In this document: one piece after another, positions 9,997 to 19,804 of the stretch
Layout: every line of letters begins with the position of its first letter
Position numbering within the stretch: the first letter of the stretch is position 1
From: Alphaproteobacteria bacterium
GTDB taxonomy: Bacteria > Pseudomonadota > Alphaproteobacteria > UBA2136 > UBA6156
DNA length: 64,000 nucleotides
Reading direction: 5' to 3'
NCBI GenBank assembly: GCA_036261915.1
Contig: DATAJX010000002.1
Span: 200,825 to 264,824 of the forward strand
The notes under the pieces: model-generated
Told to the model about the DNA's origin: nothing
Databases searched by the model: none
What the model saw: the letters and a program-made list of their open reading frames with translations, nothing else
Translations under genes and position numbers: made by a program

Positions 9997-10945
9997 TGGA
10001 AGTTTAACGATCACGGCCAGCGATGCCGGGCAGCGGCTGGACCGGTTTTTGAAGAATCGCTTCCCGATGATCCCCTACGGCGCGATCCAGAAATGGTTGC
10101 GCAAGGGCGATGTGCGCATCAACGGCAAGCGGGCCAAGCCGGATGCGCGGCTGGAGGAAAATGACGAATTGCGGCTGCCGCCGCAGGCCATGGCCGCGCC
10201 GCCCAAGAAGAACGAAGGCGTTTACACCGTGACCCATGCCGACCGCGATATGGTGAAGAAGGCATTGGTTTTTGAGGATGAGGCGATACTGGTTTTGAAC
10301 AAGCCCGCCGGGCTTGGGGCGCAGGCGGGCGACGGGCAGACGCGCAGTCTGGACCGTATTCTGGCGGGGATATATGGCGCCGACAACGCGCCCAAGCTGG
10401 TACACCGGCTGGACCGCGAGACCACCGGCGTGATGGTGCTGGCCAAGACCCGCGCCGCCGCCGCCGCGCTGGGTGAGCAGTTTAAAGGGCGGGATGTGAG
10501 CAAGGAATACCTGGTGCTGGCGGTGGGCAAGCTGGCCGGGCAGACCAGTGGCGTGATTGACGTGAACCTGGCCAAGAAAGGCCCGATGGCCGTGGCTGGC
10601 GGGGAGGGCGACGTGGCCCAGACCCGCTGGAAGGTTTTGGCCAGTGGCGGCGAGGAGGAGAACCTTCATGTGATATTGGCCGAGCCTCTGACCGGGCGCA
10701 TGAACCAGATACGTGCGCACCTGGCCCACATCGGGTTGCCCCTGGTGGGTGACGGCAAGTACGGCGGCCCGCAGGCCCGCGAGTTGGCGCGCCGGTTGCT
10801 GACGCCGAACGTTTTGTATCTTCATGCCTGGAAACTGGCGTTGAGCCACCCCGTGACCGGTAAGCCCTGTCGCTGGGAAGCCGAAGCGCCGCCGCACTTT
10901 AGGGCGTTGACCGACCGCTTTGGAAGTGACACCCTGCCGTTCTGA
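9989..10945 (+). CDS. RluA-family pseudouridine synthase with an S4 domain (RluC-like).
   Basis: N-terminal S4 RNA-binding segment and the catalytic motif HRLDRETTGVMVLAKT. Confidence 0.85.
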   Translation: MASGSLTITASDAGQRLDRFLKNRFPMIPYGAIQKWLRKGDVRINGKRAKPDARLEENDELRLPPQAMAAPPKKNEGVYTVTHADRDMVKKALVFEDEAILVLNKPAGLGAQAGDGQTRSLDRILAGIYGADNAPKLVHRLDRETTGVMVLAKTRAAAAALGEQFKGRDVSKEYLVLAVGKLAGQTSGVIDVNLAKKGPMAVAGGEGDVAQTRWKVLASGGEEENLHVILAEPLTGRMNQIRAHLAHIGLPLVGDGKYGGPQARELARRLLTPNVLYLHAWKLALSHPVTGKPCRWEAEAPPHFRALTDRFGSDTLPF

Positions 10946-10965
10946 ATTCAAGAAGGAAGAAACAC

Positions 10966-13611
10966 ATGCGCCTGATCAAGGGTTTGATTTATACGGTGGC
11001 CGGTTTGGCGGCCTTAACGGTTGTGGCCGGAGGCGGGCTTATCGCCTATGTGCAGACCGCCGACCTTGGCCCGCTGGCAATCAAACTGGCCAAGGACTAC
11101 GGCCATGTGGACGTGCGCGCGCAGGGTCCGCTGAACCTGAAGTTGTTCCCCAACCCGGAGCTGCATGCGGGCAAGCTGACCGTGATGGGTGCCCATGGCA
11201 CCAAACCGCTGTTTGAAGCCGACAAGACCGACGTGACCTTGCGCTGGGGCAGCCTGCCCCTGCTGTGGAAAGGCATGGTGCTGGAAAACGTGAGCCTGCA
11301 GAACCCCAATATTTACCTGAACAAACCCAAGAGCGGCCCGGCCAACTGGGAAATGGCCAGCAGCGGCGATACCGGCGCCAGCAAGAGCAGCGCCAAGCCT
11401 GCGAGTGGCGGTGGCGGGTTCAAGATCGGGCTGGGCAAGGCCAACATCAGCAACATGAATGTGACTTACATTGACGACACCGTGGGCCGCCGCATGGAAC
11501 TGCGCGGCCTGAACGTGGACACCGATGCGCGCGACCTGGCCAAGACCACCATGACTGCCAAGGGCACCATTAACGGCCAGCCGCTGGACGGCCGCGTGGA
11601 CGTGAACGTGACCGACATGGACAAGGTTCCGCTGAAGCTGGCGCTGGCACTGGCCAATTTGCGCGTTGCCGCGCAGGGCGAAGTGGCCGACCAGAGCAGC
11701 TACAAGGGCGATATTAATGTGCAGAGCCCCGATATTCGGGCCACTTACGTTGCCGCTTTGGGCAATGCCCCGGCCGAAGTGCCGAGCGCGCCGCTGAGCC
11801 TGACCGGCCATGTGGCGTTTGAGAAGAACGAGGTGGAACTTTCGGCCTTTGCGTTGAAGCTGGGCGACCTGCTGCGTGCCGGTGGCGAGCTGGCGGTGAA
11901 GACCGGCAGCAAGCCGAGCGCCAAGGGCACCTTGCAGGTGCAGGGCAACAACCTGCGCGCGCTGGCGGCTCTGGGGACGGGCAAGGCCAACCCGAACATC
12001 CCCGCTTTGGGTTTTAGCGCCCAGACCACTTTGGCGGGTGAGGATGTGATCAAATTGACCAAATTCAGCGCGCAGTTAGCTGATGTTGTTAATGTGGGCG
12101 GTGATGTGACCATCACCCCGCGCGCCGGCAAGGCGCCGCTGGCTGAAGGGCAGGTGAACCTGCGTGCCGCCAGCACCCGTGCGCTAGGCCAGGCCTTTGG
12201 CGTGAACCAGACCTTGCCTGCGCAGCCGCTGGCGTTGAGCACCAGCTTTAAGGGTGGCGATGAATGGAGCCTGCCCGACCTGAGCCTGACGTTGAGCAAC
12301 TTGCTGAGCGCCAGTGCGAATGTATCGGTGAAGACCGGTGGCGCTTTGGCGGTGAAGGGGAATGTGGATATTAGCGGCAACGACCTGAAGACGACCGCCG
12401 GTGCCTTTGGCGTGGCGAACGCCAAACTGCCCAGCACCCGCTTTACCGTAAAGGCCGACATTGCCGGTGACAGCGCCATTGAGCTGAAGAACCTGAGTGT
12501 GAACCTTCCGCAATTGGCTGAAGCCACTGGTACGGCGAAATTCACCCCTGCCGCAGGCAATGGCCCTGCCGACCTGAAGGCCAACCTGAGCGTGAAGAAG
12601 CTTGACCTGACCGCGCTGGGTGTTTGTGCCCCGGTGGCCGGGCCGCAGGTGAGCGCGGCCGCCAACGGCGGTGCCGGTGGCGCCAATGCGGGCAGTGGGT
12701 CGCCCTTCAACAATACGCCGATCGACCTGACGGCGCTGAAAGGCACGACCTTTGCCATTGACGTGGACGTGGACAACCTGGATTGCGCGCGTTGGCCGGT
12801 GACGACCTTTAAGGGCAACATGGTGAACACCACCGACAAGCTGACGTTGAACAACATCAACGCCGGTTTGGCCGGCGGCACCGCCAGCGTGAACGGCAGC
12901 CTGAGCCACAGCGGCACGCCCGCGCTGGCGCTGACCGTGAAGGTGGCGAATGTGCCGGTGGAGAAGTTCGTTTCGACCCTGAAGGACCGTGGGGTTGAGT
13001 TGCCGATTAATGTGGATGGCAACCTGAGCGCCGTGGGCGCCAGCAGCCAGGCATTGGCCAGCAGCCTGAAGGGCACGCTGGTGATGAACGCCGACAAAGG
13101 GCGCATACCGTACACCAACCTGCTGGGCGGCGTGAGCAACGTTGAGCGCCTGCTGAACGGCAGCGCGCCGGTGAGCAACGGCAACGGGAATATCCAGAAG
13201 TTTGTGGCCAGCTACGACATTAGCGGTGGCGTGGCCAAGACGAAGGAGTTCACCTTCACCACCGATGGGGCGTTTAGCGCCACCGGCACCGGCAGCATTG
13301 ATATTGGCGGTTGGGCCATTGATTACACCGTGACCCCGCAAGTGGCGGCCAGCAACCAGATCGCCGTGCCGGTATTGATCAAGGGTGCGTTGAGCGCCCC
13401 GAGCATCGGGCCTGACCCGGCGTTTATCCAGAAGCTGACCGGCCGGTTGGCCAAGGAAGGCCTGAAGCTTCTGAACGTGGGTGGCGACAAGGCCGGGAAC
13501 ATCGGCACCGCCATTGGCGGCGTGCTGAGCGGGCAGGGCACCAACACCAGCGAGACCAAGGAGATGATCAACAAGGGGTTGAACAACCTGCTGAAGAACA
13601 TCGGGAAGTAA
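10966..13611 (+). CDS. asmA: AsmA-family outer-membrane assembly protein.
   Basis: 881 aa with an N-terminal membrane anchor ([22 protein letters not shown]) and a long repetitive periplasmic region typical of AsmA/TamB-like proteins. Confidence 0.75.
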   Translation: MRLIKGLIYTVAGLAALTVVAGGGLIAYVQTADLGPLAIKLAKDYGHVDVRAQGPLNLKLFPNPELHAGKLTVMGAHGTKPLFEADKTDVTLRWGSLPLLWKGMVLENVSLQNPNIYLNKPKSGPANWEMASSGDTGASKSSAKPASGGGGFKIGLGKANISNMNVTYIDDTVGRRMELRGLNVDTDARDLAKTTMTAKGTINGQPLDGRVDVNVTDMDKVPLKLALALANLRVAAQGEVADQSSYKGDINVQSPDIRATYVAALGNAPAEVPSAPLSLTGHVAFEKNEVELSAFALKLGDLLRAGGELAVKTGSKPSAKGTLQVQGNNLRALAALGTGKANPNIPALGFSAQTTLAGEDVIKLTKFSAQLADVVNVGGDVTITPRAGKAPLAEGQVNLRAASTRALGQAFGVNQTLPAQPLALSTSFKGGDEWSLPDLSLTLSNLLSASANVSVKTGGALAVKGNVDISGNDLKTTAGAFGVANAKLPSTRFTVKADIAGDSAIELKNLSVNLPQLAEATGTAKFTPAAGNGPADLKANLSVKKLDLTALGVCAPVAGPQVSAAANGGAGGANAGSGSPFNNTPIDLTALKGTTFAIDVDVDNLDCARWPVTTFKGNMVNTTDKLTLNNINAGLAGGTASVNGSLSHSGTPALALTVKVANVPVEKFVSTLKDRGVELPINVDGNLSAVGASSQALASSLKGTLVMNADKGRIPYTNLLGGVSNVERLLNGSAPVSNGNGNIQKFVASYDISGGVAKTKEFTFTTDGAFSATGTGSIDIGGWAIDYTVTPQVAASNQIAVPVLIKGALSAPSIGPDPAFIQKLTGRLAKEGLKLLNVGGDKAGNIGTAIGGVLSGQGTNTSETKEMINKGLNNLLKNIGK

Positions 13612-13692
13612 GGACGTCTGATAATAAACCGGCCTGTGGGCCGGTTTATGGTTGGGTGGGAGAAGGATAAGAAAGACCGATGAAAACCATTA

Positions 13693-13719
13693 AAAATCCG
13701 CCCCAAGGGCGGCTTTTTA
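13693..13719. terminator. Bidirectional Rho-independent terminator, plausibly serving asmA and tRNA-Pro.
   Basis: Hairpin aatccgcccc-aag-gggcggctt flanked by A-run and T-run. Confidence 0.5.
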
Positions 13720-13720
13720 A

Positions 13721-13797
<77 letters not shown>

Positions 13798-13856
13798 ACA
13801 CCCGCGCGGTATAGCCGAAAGCGCTTGCGAGGCCAAGACCTTAAACGAAAAAAGGG

Positions 13857-14024
13857 CTATTCGCCCTTTTCGTCGTGGTTCTTTTGGAGGAAGGGAACCT
13901 GGCTGATGTGATAGCTGAGGCCGCCGATTTCGACCATCTCTTCCATAGGTCGGTTTTTAGGGGGTGGTGGCGGGTTTTTGATATCTCCCGCCAAGCAGAA
14001 AATGTCAGCATAGTTTTTTGCCAT
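13857..14024 (-). CDS. Candidate small protein, 55 aa, with a PPPPP motif.
   Basis: ATG (rc of the cat at 14022-14024) preceded by AGGGA at the right spacing. Translation is [55 protein letters not shown]. It falls below the 60-aa cutoff of the ORF track. Confidence 0.3.
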   Translation of the reverse strand: MAKNYADIFCLAGDIKNPPPPPKNRPMEEMVEIGGLSYHISQVPFLQKNHDEKGE

Positions 14025-14069
14025 GGCAATATCCCTGAGATGTTTCGTTCAATGGGAGGACTATAGTAT

Positions 14070-14100
14070 AAAAAAGGCCCCGAAGTGGGGCCCTTTTTTG
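14070..14100. terminator. Rho-independent terminator downstream of the autotransporter gene.
   Basis: aaaaaaggcccc-gaag-ggggcccttttttg: a GC hairpin with flanking A/T runs. Confidence 0.6.
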
Positions 14101-14110
14101 CCGATATGGC

Positions 14111-16555
14111 TTAGAAAGGCCAGCGGACCTTGACCTGACCGGTGTGGCCGGTGGCCGAGTTGCGGATATCGGCATCGTAATCGACGCTGAAATCGACGCC
14201 GTCGGCGCTGGTGAGCAGGACGCCCGCACCCAGGTTAACCGAACCACGCGAGGTTTCGATGCCGTTGGTGCTGAAGCTGCTGCCGCCGGCGACGAAGTTG
14301 CTGGTGGTTTGCAGTTGGGTGTCGCCCGTACGGTAGTTGAGTTTGGCGTGGGCGCGGGGACGGATGGCGCCACCGTTGTCGGTCTTGATGTTGTAGGCGG
14401 TTTCGAGGCCTGCACCGAGATCGAGGGCCGACAGGTTGTCGGGGTTGACACGCAGCGCGGCCGGGCCGGTTTCGGTGTAGCTCTCTTGGTCGAGCAGGGT
14501 GTACTGCGCGCTGGCGACCGGGGTGAGGGTGAACTCGTTGGTTACAGCGATATCGCGGCCGGTTTGCAGGCGGGCTTGGTATTGCAGGCCCTTCCAGTCG
14601 CCGTTGGTGGAAGTGCCGAAGCCGACCACGTTACGCTTGCTGTCGAACTGGTTGTAGGCAAAGCCCAGCTGACCGTTGATGAAGTAACCGTCTTCCATGG
14701 CCTTGGAGCCGTAGATGGTGGCCATGTAGCTGTCGATGTCGGTTTGCGCGTCGCCGGCACCCTTGCTGTTGACGTTGGAGTGACCGTAGGTGAAGGCCGC
14801 ACCGGTTGTGACGCCGTCGATGAGGGTGTCGGTATCGACACCGGCGGTGGCGCCGCCCGTGTTGGCGTTGTAGCCCGGGTTGCCCTTGCGGTTATCCTGG
14901 TTGGTGACGTTACCGAAACCTTGCAGCCAGAGGTGGCCTGCCGAGACGCGGTCGCCGGTGGCTACGCCGCTAAGCGCGGTGCTGCGCAGCGAGGCCAGGC
15001 GGTCGTTGATGTTGTTGTTGCTTTGCGTGCCGATATCGACCGCGGCCATGCCGACGCCCGCATCGACAGCCGGGGCCAGGGATTCGACCACGTTGTTGAC
15101 ACCTGCGGCGCTGGTTTGGCTACCGATGGTGCTTTGCACGGTAAGCAGGTCGCCCGTGGCATTGGCGCCGAGGTTATCGAGCACGTTGGCTGCGGCCTTG
15201 CCGGTTTCGGAATCGGTGAGGCTGGCGGTGGCGGCGCGCACGATGGTGAGGCTGACGTTATTGGTGCCCACGGTACGGCTGACGGTGAAGGTGTAAACAC
15301 CTTGCTGCGACTTGGTGAGGATGGGCGAGGAGGCATCGCCGGCCGAGCCGGTGATGATGCTGTAGCTGGTGCCGCTGGCGATGAAGCCTGCGGTATTGGC
15401 CACGTTGATGGTGAGCGAGGTGTTGGTAAGCACCGCGGCGCCGTTGGTGACCTTAAGCACACCAGCGGTTTTGGAGGTGCCGACGTCGATGGTGAGTTTA
15501 CCGAGGCTGCCGAGAACGTCGGTTTGCACGATGCTCTTGTCGCCGATGTGCAGGACACCGCCGCTGTTGACGTTGAGGGTGCCGGTGGTGCCGCCGTCGT
15601 TGGTGATGGTGGCGCCGTTAAGCACGTTGAGGGTGCCGCTGACGTTGATCTTGCCGTCGTTCACCAGACCGAAGGAGGCGGTGCTGGCATTGACGTTAAG
15701 GGTGGCACCGGTGCCGACGTTGAGGTTGTTGTTGAACGAACCGAACGTACCAGTACCGTTGTTGAGGTTAACGGTGGTGTTGCTGATGTTGATGTTGTTG
15801 AAGCCGGTGATGTTGTTGGCCACGTTCCAGACACGGGTGCCCGAAACATTGAGGGTGCTGTTGCCAGCGCCTCCGGTGCCGGTACCGGAAATGGTGCCGG
15901 TGATGACGCCACCGGTGTAGTTGAGCACCTTGGCGGTGGCGCCGGTACCCATGCCGATGTTGCCGTTTACCGTACCGCCGCTGATGTTGACGGTGTCGGT
16001 GCCAGCGCCGAAATCGAGGTTGCCGTTAACGGTACCGCCGGTTTGACGGTAGGTGTCGTCGCCACCTTGGGTGGTGATGTTGCCGGTGATGGTGCCGGCC
16101 GACACGTTGACCACGTTGTTGCCGCTGCCCAGGGCGATGGAGCCGCTGATGGTGCCGGAGTTGTTAAGGGTGACGGCGTTGGTCATGTTGCTGAGCGCGA
16201 TGGAGGGCGAGCTGCTGCCAGCGATGATGGAACCGAAGTTGGTGATGGTGGTGGCAACGTTGCCGGCAGCCGGGCTGGCGGTGGCGCTGATGACCGGGTT
16301 TTCGTTGGAGCGGACGATACCACCGGTGTTGATAGTGATGGAGTTGTCGCCGGCCACGGTGGCGCTGATGGTGATGGCCGTGCCGCTGGGAACAGTGAGG
16401 TTACCTGTGCCGGTGACCAGGATACCGCTGGTGCTGTCGGAGGTGGTGGCGGCGCTGCCGGTGCTGGTATTGATGGTGGTCAGGGCGTTGGCCGAGGCGC
16501 TGACCGCGACGAATGCGGTACTGGCCAGCAACACCTTACGGAAACTGAGGGTCAT
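14111..16555 (-). CDS. Autotransporter (type Va) outer-membrane protein.
   Basis: Signal peptide MTLSFRKVLLASTAFVAVSASANA. About 520 aa of G/T/N/S-rich degenerate repeats (passenger). C-terminal beta-barrel of about 280 aa ending RWPF. The real start is the internal Met at 16555, not the track start at 16630. Confidence 0.8.
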   Translation of the reverse strand: MTLSFRKVLLASTAFVAVSASANALTTINTSTGSAATTSDSTSGILVTGTGNLTVPSGTAITISATVAGDNSITINTGGIVRSNENPVISATASPAAGNVATTITNFGSIIAGSSSPSIALSNMTNAVTLNNSGTISGSIALGSGNNVVNVSAGTITGNITTQGGDDTYRQTGGTVNGNLDFGAGTDTVNISGGTVNGNIGMGTGATAKVLNYTGGVITGTISGTGTGGAGNSTLNVSGTRVWNVANNITGFNNINISNTTVNLNNGTGTFGSFNNNLNVGTGATLNVNASTASFGLVNDGKINVSGTLNVLNGATITNDGGTTGTLNVNSGGVLHIGDKSIVQTDVLGSLGKLTIDVGTSKTAGVLKVTNGAAVLTNTSLTINVANTAGFIASGTSYSIITGSAGDASSPILTKSQQGVYTFTVSRTVGTNNVSLTIVRAATASLTDSETGKAAANVLDNLGANATGDLLTVQSTIGSQTSAAGVNNVVESLAPAVDAGVGMAAVDIGTQSNNNINDRLASLRSTALSGVATGDRVSAGHLWLQGFGNVTNQDNRKGNPGYNANTGGATAGVDTDTLIDGVTTGAAFTYGHSNVNSKGAGDAQTDIDSYMATIYGSKAMEDGYFINGQLGFAYNQFDSKRNVVGFGTSTNGDWKGLQYQARLQTGRDIAVTNEFTLTPVASAQYTLLDQESYTETGPAALRVNPDNLSALDLGAGLETAYNIKTDNGGAIRPRAHAKLNYRTGDTQLQTTSNFVAGGSSFSTNGIETSRGSVNLGAGVLLTSADGVDFSVDYDADIRNSATGHTGQVKVRWPF

Positions 16556-16648
16556 GAGGGGTAACTTCCTGTTATATTGTTCGTTATGCAAAGTTGTGCA
16601 CATAGTGGCGAAGCGATATGCTGCGTGCAACCGACAAAGAAGAAATCA

Positions 16649-17548
16649 ATGCCTAAAACAACACCTCTGTTGCTGAAAACCCTCACCGTTTGTTGTGCGA
16701 TTATATTGGCCGCCTGCGGCAGTGTGCCCGACCTGGGTGACCAGTTTGCCAATAAAAGGGGTATCAACCGGGGGTTGAACAGCACGGGCTTCAGGGTGGG
16801 TGGCATTGAGGTGGGGCCCTGGTGGGTGACGATGGCCGAGCGGGGCGGAAAATCGGACATTGTACGCATATATATAGAAGGGGATGGGCAGGCTTACATC
16901 ACGCCATTGCAGCCCAGCGGCAACCCGACCCCCAAAAAGCCGGTGGCGCTTGACCTGGCCAAGGCCGAAAACAAGGACGGCGGGGTGTTTTATCTGGCGC
17001 GGCCTTGCCAGTTTGCCAACCTGAACAGCCAGCCCTGCGGCCGCGAGGTGTGGACCATCGCCCGTTTTGACGAGCAGGTGATGGACGGTTATGCCGCGGC
17101 GGTGCGCAAGCTGTTGAGCGGCCAGCCGTTACCTGAAACCGGCAGCCAGCTGGCCGAAATGCCCGGCGCGCAGGTGGCGGGCAGGCAGGCCGTGATTATT
17201 GGTTATAGCGGCGGTGCCGCTATTGCGCTGGAGGTGGCCAAGCGCGTGCCGCAGGTGATCGGGGTGATCACCGTGGCCGGGAACATCGACCCCGCCGCCA
17301 CCAACGAGTGGCACAGGGTCAGTGCCATGCCCACGGCGGTGCGCCCGTACCAGTACCCGGGCCGGTTGGCGGAAATTCCGGTTTTGCACCTGGTGGGGGC
17401 GAAGGATGAGGTCATCCGCCCCGAGCTGACCCGGCAGGTGATCGATGGTGCGGGCCGTTTGGCCTGCACCAAAATCGAGGTGGTGCCCGACGCCAGCCAC
17501 AACGAGGGTTGGGGCAAGGTGTGGCCGGTCGCGTTGCCTCGCTGTTAA
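16649..17548 (+). CDS. Lipoprotein with an alpha/beta-hydrolase-like serine motif.
   Basis: Lipobox LAACGS after a signal peptide. GYSGGAA nucleophile-elbow motif with downstream D...H (ASHNEGW). Real start MPKTT at 16649. Confidence 0.55.
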   Translation: MPKTTPLLLKTLTVCCAIILAACGSVPDLGDQFANKRGINRGLNSTGFRVGGIEVGPWWVTMAERGGKSDIVRIYIEGDGQAYITPLQPSGNPTPKKPVALDLAKAENKDGGVFYLARPCQFANLNSQPCGREVWTIARFDEQVMDGYAAAVRKLLSGQPLPETGSQLAEMPGAQVAGRQAVIIGYSGGAAIALEVAKRVPQVIGVITVAGNIDPAATNEWHRVSAMPTAVRPYQYPGRLAEIPVLHLVGAKDEVIRPELTRQVIDGAGRLACTKIEVVPDASHNEGWGKVWPVALPRC

Positions 17549-17589
17549 ACCTGTATTGTGCCCGCGCGTAACGGCTGCTACATAGCTGC

Positions 17590-18417
17590 ATGTTTGCCGC
17601 GTTGCCCCTACCCAGCCATGACAGTGTGAGTGCACGTGTAAGGGCCATTTTGGCCAGCCTATTGCCCTTGCCGCATTTGGGCCCCCAGCCGCTGGTTGAC
17701 AGCCTGCTGGGTGAGCTGGTGAACATGGCGCGCCTGCCATTGGGTTTGCGCCGGGCCGAGGCGGTTTTGCGCAACCTGGACACCGACGGCACCTTGCCCA
17801 GCCTGCATGCCCTGTGCGCGGATGCGGAGTATCGGCTTGAGGCTGACTGGGCCCGCAAGGTGGCGGTGAGCGCCAACCCGTTGCGGATGCTGCGGCGCTT
17901 TCACTACTGGACCAACTACGTGAAGCTGGCCCGGCTGGAAGTGAAGGCCTTGCGCAGCCAGAACCCGGACGTGAAGCGCGTTTTATTTGTGGGGGCGGGG
18001 CCTTTGCCGTTGTCTTCGTACATGCTGGCGGCCAAGCATGGGTTGCAGGTGGACAACCTTGACCGGAGTGGTGACGCCTGCGCCTGCGCACTGCACTGGC
18101 TGAAAAAGCTGCCCAAGACCGGCAACATGGCCTGCCACCACGCCGATGTGACCGAGTTTGGCAGTTTTGACGGCTATGATGCGGTGATTTTGGCCGCCCT
18201 GGTGGGGTTGAGCAGTGCGGAGAAGAAGCGTTTGATCGACTACATGGCGGCGCGGATGAAGCCGGAGCAGCTGTTACTGGTGAGGTCTGTTCGTGGATTG
18301 CGGCGTTTGCTGTACCCGATGGTGCATACAGCCGAGTTGGAAGGGTTTGAGGTGATGAAGGCGGTGCACCCGCGCGGTGAGGTGATCAACTCGGCCCTTG
18401 TGTTGCGCCGGAAATAG
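17590..18417 (+). CDS. Nicotianamine synthase-like (NAS/CntL-like) SAM-dependent aminobutyryl transferase.
   Basis: VLFVGAGPLPLSSYMLA and DAVILAALVG...EKKRLI...MKP correspond to the NAS signature blocks (VAFVGSGPLPLTS and DVVFLAALVGM..KEKV). Length is about 275 aa. Confidence 0.65.
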   Translation: MFAALPLPSHDSVSARVRAILASLLPLPHLGPQPLVDSLLGELVNMARLPLGLRRAEAVLRNLDTDGTLPSLHALCADAEYRLEADWARKVAVSANPLRMLRRFHYWTNYVKLARLEVKALRSQNPDVKRVLFVGAGPLPLSSYMLAAKHGLQVDNLDRSGDACACALHWLKKLPKTGNMACHHADVTEFGSFDGYDAVILAALVGLSSAEKKRLIDYMAARMKPEQLLLVRSVRGLRRLLYPMVHTAELEGFEVMKAVHPRGEVINSALVLRRK

Positions 18418-18418
18418 A

Positions 18419-18447
18419 AAACCGCCCCTGGAGGGGCGGTTTTTTTG
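18419..18447. terminator. Bidirectional terminator between the NAS-like gene and the convergent gene.
   Basis: accgcccctggaggggcggtttttttg. Confidence 0.6.
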
Positions 18448-18451
18448 TTGG

Positions 18452-19141
18452 CTATAGCGCTTCCCAGCTGAGCTGGTCGGCGGCCATAAGCCGGGTGGCA
18501 TCGAGCAGGACTACGTTGTGGCCCAGTTTGGCCGCCACCAGCTTTTGCAGGGCGTGCACACCCAGCAGGGTGTGCAGGCTGGCCGCAAGCGCTGGCGGGT
18601 AGGCCCAGGGCGTTTTGGGCAGGTTGCCCAGGCTTTTGAGGTAGGCCAGGCCGTCGGCGCAGCGTTGGGTGGCCAGTTGCCAGAGGGCTTCGGGCGCGTC
18701 GCTTTCGGGCAGGTAGGCTGGCTCGTTCTTATCGACCCACAGCCACATTTTGTGGGCGGTGGAGGCCGATATGTCGGAGCCCGCAAGGCTGCGGCCGCCG
18801 AGCTTTTTGATGCCCACCACGCCGCCGGGGCCGGGGTCGGCGCCTTCTTCGTAGGCGTTGGGGTGGTAGGCCTGCAGCACCAACTGAGTGCCGAGCAGTT
18901 CTTCGGCCGCCAACTGGTAAAGCGGGTAGGCCGCGAAGCCTACCATTTGCTGCCGCACGTCACCGTTACCGACCTGGCAGCCCAGGCACAGGTAAGGCAG
19001 GCGGCCGTTCAGGTGCGGGCTTTTGAGGCTTTCGGCATAGGCGGCAAGGGCCGGGGCATGGCTTTTTTGAAGCCGGACAAAGGTTTTTTCCTGCACCGGG
19101 CTGGAGGCCACGGTGTGGAGCGGAGGGGTTTTAAGCAGCAT
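18452..19141 (-). CDS. Hypothetical protein (229 aa).
   Basis: Coding-like codon bias. No motif I can assign. Convergent with the NAS-like gene. Confidence 0.45.
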   Translation of the reverse strand: MLLKTPPLHTVASSPVQEKTFVRLQKSHAPALAAYAESLKSPHLNGRLPYLCLGCQVGNGDVRQQMVGFAAYPLYQLAAEELLGTQLVLQAYHPNAYEEGADPGPGGVVGIKKLGGRSLAGSDISASTAHKMWLWVDKNEPAYLPESDAPEALWQLATQRCADGLAYLKSLGNLPKTPWAYPPALAASLHTLLGVHALQKLVAAKLGHNVVLLDATRLMAADQLSWEAL

Positions 19142-19415
19142 GAAAGGGTATCTCCGTAAACGTCAGACAAGGTATTGATGACATTGGCAGGGTAACAGGC
19201 CTGTCAAGCCCTGTTGAATCAGTGGTTTATTTGTTTTAGATAATGTATACATTTTTGTTGACAAGCGGAGCGGCAACGGGCTAAACGCCCGGGACTGATT
19301 CACTTGATTGAACTTTTTTAGCGCCTCTGCCTTGGCAGATGAGCCCCCCTTACGACCCTTCGCCCGGCCGCCATGGCCGATTTACTTCTGACTTCTAACC
19401 GCATGGAGGAAAAAC

Positions 19416-19790
19416 ATGCGATTTAATAAAATCATGGCCAGCTTGCTGGTAGGGGCTGCGGCCTATTGCCTGCCGACAGCGGCCAGTGCCCAGCAGGGCG
19501 TTGGTTATGCCGGTGGCAATATGTGGGCCCTGCAAGGTTCGGGTGTTGCCGTCAACGGCGCGCTTGAATCGGCTTTGCGCCATTCGGCCGGTATTGGTAT
19601 TGCCGGTGCGGTTGCGCAGGGCAGGAACCTGAACACCCGCAGCACCTACAATTACAACCAGGTCATCGGCTCGCAGAACAATGTCAGCGTGGTGGGTAAC
19701 AACAACTCGCTGACCACGAGCCAGAACGGGACGCTGACGGGCAATACCCTGACGCAGACCAGCCCGAGCATTACCAGCAACAACTACTGA
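19416..19790 (+). CDS. Secreted Q/N/G-rich small protein, curli accessory (CsgF-like) or minor curlin-like.
   Basis: AGGAGG RBS and a signal peptide (MRFNKIMASLLVGAAAYCLPTAASA). Q/N/S/T-rich C-terminus (NNVSVVGNNNSLTTSQNGTLTGNTLTQT...SNNY) recalling the CsgF C-terminus and curlin repeats. It sits immediately upstream of csgG, as csgF does in E. coli. Confidence 0.5.
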   Translation: MRFNKIMASLLVGAAAYCLPTAASAQQGVGYAGGNMWALQGSGVAVNGALESALRHSAGIGIAGAVAQGRNLNTRSTYNYNQVIGSQNNVSVVGNNNSLTTSQNGTLTGNTLTQTSPSITSNNY

Positions 19791-19804
19791 CGGAGACGAC
19801 CACG

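Noticed and set aside
14144-16564. 806-aa plus-strand ORF, Gly/Ala/Asp/Val-rich.
   Set aside because: Exact antisense of the autotransporter gene. A mirror frame of a repetitive high-GC sequence.
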